This document shows, in pieces, positions 61,178 to 64,000 of a stretch of DNA of 64,000 bases. The translations under genes and the position numbers were made by a program. The first letter of the stretch is position 1; each line of letters starts with the position of its first letter. This stretch comes from Takakia lepidozioides (taxonomy: Eukaryota > Plantae > Bryophyta). The stretch is from NCBI GenBank assembly GCA_030704615.1, contig CM060734.1:60574001-60638000 (forward strand), read 5' to 3'. The notes under the pieces were generated by a model. The model was given only the letters and a program-made list of their open reading frames with translations. It did no database searches and was not told where the DNA came from.

Positions 61178-63850
61178 ATGGCAGGTTCCATGGTATCGAT
61201 CTGCAAGTTGGGACTTGGGTCCGGAGTAGGAGCATCCTTTCAGGGTTGTGCTGTGTTCCAGGAATTCAATGGTTTGGCTGCATTCAAGCCTTTTAGCCCT
61301 GCATCGTCAGAGGCTATTCGTCTCAGAGGTGGGTTATCTTCTATTCTCTCACATTCTTCCTTCTGACTGGTTTGATAGAAGGGTATATCTCGGCTGATCC
61401 TCGGAAACTCTAGGCCAAACCTGAGGCTGGTTGAGTGAACATGAGCTGTTTACCTTCCCCTGAGTTCAAAGTTCCTTGCAGATAGTATTGGGGGTCTATT
61501 CAGGCAGGAGGGCCCAATTGACGTCAAAACTGCTGCTTGACAGTAGCACATGTTATAAAGCCACAACGCACTCCTTTTTCACTGCTCTCCTTTATTCCAG
61601 ATCCTTTGTATTGGCCTTGGCAAGTAGAGAGGGGGCAGTTTGAGGTTTAGCAAACACGTTAAATGAAGGAAAGAAGGTAGTGAGCACCGCTGGAGGTGAC
61701 AGTAGACTTGGACCGGGTCTGATTGCGCTGACGAACTACATTTCAGTCTGAGTGCAAGCACCGCCCTCATACTCATCGGTTGCGAGGAACTATTTTCCAG
61801 CGAGTTAGGCCTCAAAAACCTGCACCTGTTGCTTGGGTCAGGACACCTTTGTCTTGTCGATTTGTAGCTGGGGCCTACATGGAGTCGGGTGGGTAAGAAC
61901 CTTGACAGTTTCTTGAAGCGAAGTTAGGGTTTTTGTCATCTCCTGCAAAGCTAGTTCTAATTCTAAACATCTCTACAATGTGAGTGGTGCAGTCACTTCA
62001 AGACCACCCTTGAGAATAGAAGCACGAGAGCCAACAAAGAAAGAGAGTACCAAGGTTCGCCAACGTCGTCTCAGGAAGAAGGTATAACCAACGGAGACAC
62101 ACAAATATGTGCCAAAATATGCACTGTGAGAACGGATTTACTCATAAGACAAGGTTGCCTTCCCCACTGAGAATTGCAGATTGCCTTGCATATAACTGTA
62201 ATTGCACTTTCAACTAAAAAATAGCAGAATGTAGACCTTGCAGTGAGCAAGAATGTGCTCATAGGACATTGTTTGCCATAGCTTATTTACAGCTAGCATG
62301 CAGTCTCTGTGTAACTTTTGGGGTTCTTTGATACTTTCTCATTTTCCTTCTACTGTGTCCATAGACCCTCTGGGCCTCCAATGGGCCTAAAAGCCAGTTT
62401 CTACCTTCCAGCCCTATTCTGCACTTCTTTCATTATAAAAGATGCAAGGTTGCCGTGCTGATGTCGATGGGATGGGTGGTTATTTTTTGGAAAGCTGAAT
62501 GGGACCAGTTGGAGGCCACGTCTGGTAGTGTTTCGCTCAAACCAACATTTGTATGCGCAAGTCATTGATGACACCAAGCACCGCACTTTGGCTCATGTTT
62601 CCACTCTCTCTAAAACTATTCGGGAAGAGTTGGAGTTCTCTGCTGACACCACGGTCAATGTAAGTTCTACCCTTTCCTGTGGCACTTTTCAAGCACCCAA
62701 CACAGCACTGTCGGTAGGACCATAAGCAAATACTTACATGGCACACTTGGGCTTTTCGTAGACAGGCAGAGACAGATTCTACGATCTTGATCGGCACAGC
62801 TGTGGAGTCCAGATAGGGCAGATGTATTGCCATAGGCTTGTGATATGGACTAAAAGTGTCACTAACACTTGAAAGCCAGGCCCCTGTAGCAAATGAAAGA
62901 ATTGGAACCATGGAACTAGAGGAGGTGGAGACTCTGTAGGCACAGAGCTCAATGGAGTTGCCTTCGGAGAGCTCCCTTTGATATTGTCTATCCCGGCAGG
63001 ATCTTAACCCACTTGTGGAGTCTCTTCATTCAGATGGACTCATTGACCACTGACCCCTATGATAGCCGCTGGATAATCACCCTCCAGCGTCGGTTGTGGG
63101 GTGTGATCCCAGCAGACGTGCAAGATTAAAATTTTGCTGCAGTACAGCCGACGACAATGCCATTATAAGGAATGTTTGGTGTGCGGGCCAGCGTAGAGAT
63201 ACTTCAATGCATTTCTGCTCTGGCCTCAAATTTCACCACCTATGTGAGTTTGCCTGTCGATCCATGGTCCTGCCCCTTCTCCCCCCCAGAAAAGAAGAGA
63301 ACAAAAAATAGGAACTAAAGAACAAAAGTGTGAAAAAGAAGTATGAGAACAGAGGGGGGAGAGAGGGAAGGGAAAACAAAGGAAGCGATGAAGGAAATTT
63401 ATTCCATCCACTGGAGGCCAAGAAGGCCCATGGACACTGTTGAACTACTTGAGAGCACTGTACTCATCAGACGCGTTTGCCGTGGCCTTGTGGCCCATAG
63501 ATCCTGTGCCCAGTTTGGGCAGATTAAGAGGGAACAGATGTGAGGGGCTCACTGCAGTAGTGGGACTTATCTTGGTTAAACAATACTTGAAAGAGAGGGA
63601 GAGAGTAGCTGTGTTACTTTCCTCCATTATGAACAAAGGGAAGCAAGTCATAGAGGTTGATGTCTGACAGGAGTTGAATGGTTCACAGGATGTTGCAAAG
63701 AAAGCAGGAGAGACAATTGCCAAAGACTGCCTTGAAAAGGGTATTAGCAAGGTCTCCTTGGATAGGAGTGGCTTGTTTTGCCGGGGTCGAGTCAAGGCCT
63801 TCATGGATGGCATACGGCAAGTTGGCCTGGATTTCCAGACTTGCGATTGA
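61178..63850 (+). CDS. RPL18: Plastid-type 50S ribosomal protein uL18 or uL18-like. Exons 61178-61328, 61993-62081, 62495-62659, 63689-63850 (188 aa)
   Basis: Transit-peptide-like N-terminus; [34 protein letters not shown]; [15 protein letters not shown]...GRVKAF. Exon phases are consistent. Confidence 0.88.
63443..63562. mobile_element. Mini-element copy with CACTA-like terminus
   Basis: Right end gctcactgcagtagtg; left end aactact.gagagc is a degenerate inverted match. Confidence 0.5.
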
Positions 63851-64000
63851 TTTGCAAAGTTCTCAATGTGTCATGGGCATAGCAATAAAATCTGTGAGGT
63901 TCTGAATTGAGCAAAATCCCTGGTTACCAGCAAGGGTTTGTGTTGCATGACGGTGAGTGGTTTGTGATTTGGTCACAGCACCGACAAGAGGAAGATGCAG

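Noticed and set aside
62720-63140. tRNA/SINE-like sequence in uL18 intron 3
   Set aside because: Only weak A/B-box resemblance; no tail or TSD identified.
63455-63480. Possible hammerhead ribozyme (CTGATGAG on the minus strand) in the mini-element
   Set aside because: Only this copy has CTGATGA (most others read CTTATGA), and there is no properly placed GAAA or stems.

Overview
Eukaryotic nuclear DNA from a plant, probably a non-seed land plant. This is inferred from a flagellar-type kinesin-9, a moss/lycophyte-style ELIP fragment, RTE-X-like LINEs and expanding PLS-DYW PPR genes. Apparently intact genes: CCT5 (9 exons), a divergent SmF-like gene, an intronless MAPKKK, an F-box protein, a kinesin-9 (KIF6/KIF9-like; 3' end unresolved) and a divergent plastid uL18. 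Mobile DNA is dense: a Ty3/gypsy element lacking the RT core, a near-complete RTE-X-like LINE plus several 3' fragments, hAT-, pogo- and piggyBac-like MITEs, tRNA-derived SINEs and a ~125-bp CACTA-like mini-element. The standout is a disrupted gene at 29243-34160 (-). In it, tandem OSB-type 'PDF' ssDNA-binding motif exons are fused, the last in frame, to a PLS-class PPR array ending in a canonical DYW deaminase domain. The 5' end of a paralogue sits at 1-283, and further PPR/DYW fragments occur in the window. A chimeric BI-1/SRP-receptor-beta exon cassette lies immediately upstream of the fusion gene. All calls were made by eye with no database searches.
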